Below are positions 62,834 through 64,000 of a DNA stretch of 64,000 bases, one piece after another (position 1 is the first letter of the stretch; every line of letters starts with the position of its first letter). The stretch lies in NCBI GenBank assembly GCA_050943475.1, contig JBMNPF010000007.1, positions 41,523 through 105,522 on the forward strand, read 5' to 3'. Source of the stretch: Oscillospiraceae bacterium. GTDB lineage: Bacteria; Bacillota; Clostridia; Oscillospirales; Ruminococcaceae. The notes under the pieces are model-generated. The model saw only the letters and a program-made list of their open reading frames with translations. It had not been told where the DNA came from and searched no databases. Both the position numbers and the translations under genes were made by a program.

Positions 62834-64000
62834 TGGCGTTTGAAGGGCTTTCCGATAAACTAAACGCGGCGTTCAAAAAGCTGCGTTCCAAAGGCAAATT
62901 AAGCGAAGCCGACGTCAAAGAAGCTATGCGGGAGGTCCGCCTTGCGCTTCTTGAGGCGGATGTCAACTACAAAGTTGTTAAGGACTTTGTTGCAAAGGTA
63001 AGCGAGCGTGCTGTGGGGGAAGAGGTTTTAAAAAGCCTGACCCCGGCGCAGCAGGTTGTTAAAATTGTAAATGAGGAACTTTGTGCCCTTATGGGCGGCG
63101 AGCAGAACAAAATCCGTTTTCCGTCCAAAGGCCCCTGCATTGTGATGATGGCGGGCTTGCAGGGTGCTGGTAAAACCACCCATGCGGCGAAGCTCGCGCT
63201 CCATTTTAAGGAGCAGGGTCACCGTCCTCTGCTTGCGGCCTGTGACGTTTACCGTCCGGCGGCAATTGAACAGCTCAAAGTTGTTGGCGAGCGTGCCGGT
63301 GTTCCGGTGTTTGAGGAAGGGCAGGGCGACCCGGTGCAGATTGCGAAGCACGCGGTTGCACACGCAAAAGACTATGGCCATGACCTGCTCATCATTGATA
63401 CCGCTGGCCGCCTCCATATTGATGAGGCGCTCATGAAAGAGCTTGCCGACGTCAAAAAAGAGGTCGAGCCAGATGAAATCCTGCTTGTGGTCGACGCTAT
63501 GACCGGCCAGGACGCCGTCAATGTGGCGAAATCCTTTAACGATCAGCTTGAAATCAGCGGCGTTATTCTGACGAAGCTCGATGGCGATACCCGCGGCGGC
63601 GCAGCGCTTTCGGTGCTTGCCGTGACTGGGAAATCGGTCAAATTCGTCGGTACCGGCGAAAAGCTGGGCGATTTGGAGGTGTTCCATCCGGAACGGATGG
63701 CCTCCCGTATCCTCGGCATGGGCGATGTACTCACCCTCATCGAAAAAGCGCAGACCACCATTGATGAGGATCAGGCCAAGCAGCTCGCCCAGAAGATGAA
63801 AGAAAACAGCTTTGATTTGAACGACCTGCTGGATCAACTTAAGCAGATTCAGAAAATGGGTCCGCTCAAACAGGTGCTCGGTATGCTGCCGGGTGTCGGC
63901 AGCCAGATTAAGGACGCCGACATTGACGACAGCCAGCTCCATAAAACCGAAGCTATTATTTATTCCATGACGCCCCGGGAACGGGAAAAACCGTCTATCA
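62833..64000 (+). CDS. ffh: Signal recognition particle protein Ffh (3' end outside window; absent from the ORF track)
   Basis: Hand translation from the ATG at 62833 (overlapping the ylxM TGA) gives [17 protein letters not shown]... GLQGAGKTT, DTAGR and TKLDGDTRGG motifs are present. The frame stays open to position 64000. Confidence 0.93.
   Translation, partial: MAFEGLSDKLNAAFKKLRSKGKLSEADVKEAMREVRLALLEADVNYKVVKDFVAKVSERAVGEEVLKSLTPAQQVVKIVNEELCALMGGEQNKIRFPSKGPCIVMMAGLQGAGKTTHAAKLALHFKEQGHRPLLAACDVYRPAAIEQLKVVGERAGVPVFEEGQGDPVQIAKHAVAHAKDYGHDLLIIDTAGRLHIDEALMKELADVKKEVEPDEILLVVDAMTGQDAVNVAKSFNDQLEISGVILTKLDGDTRGGAALSVLAVTGKSVKFVGTGEKLGDLEVFHPERMASRILGMGDVLTLIEKAQTTIDEDQAKQLAQKMKENSFDLNDLLDQLKQIQKMGPLKQVLGMLPGVGSQIKDADIDDSQLHKTEAIIYSMTPREREKPSI

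Overview
GC-rich Firmicutes (Clostridia-like, spore-former) chromosomal window made almost entirely of core housekeeping genes. In order: recJ-rel-dtd; the yabM-mazG-hup-yabO-yabP-yabQ-divIC-yabR sporulation/division cluster; a PyrR-attenuated pyrR-pyrC-pyrF-carAB-pyrKD operon; a CIRCE-controlled hrcA-grpE-dnaK-dnaJ operon; ilvD, dusB, polA, rimI-tsaD, pckG, eno, pyrG and gap; B6 (pdxK plus an ECF S component) and B1 (TPP riboswitch-thiT) salvage; a Vat-type acetyltransferase; and ylxM-ffh. ffh runs off the window and is missing from the ORF track. I saw no rRNA, tRNA, CRISPR array, transposase, integrase or recognisable defence island, and no clear novel multi-gene system. The best lead is a ~125-nt promoter-linked non-coding block present twice in inverted orientation (36.9 kb upstream of polA; 56.8 kb upstream of a HAD/kinase fusion gene). 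It matches no RNA family I recognise. Secondary leads are an AT-rich islet (52.3-53.7 kb) with a 58-aa gene absent from the track, an immunity-like protein and a Cys-rich mini-ORF; a histidine-kinase-like protein whose phospho-acceptor His appears replaced by Gln; a candidate leader peptide before vat; and an orphan fumarase alpha subunit. All homology calls rest on motifs read by eye, and no searches were run.
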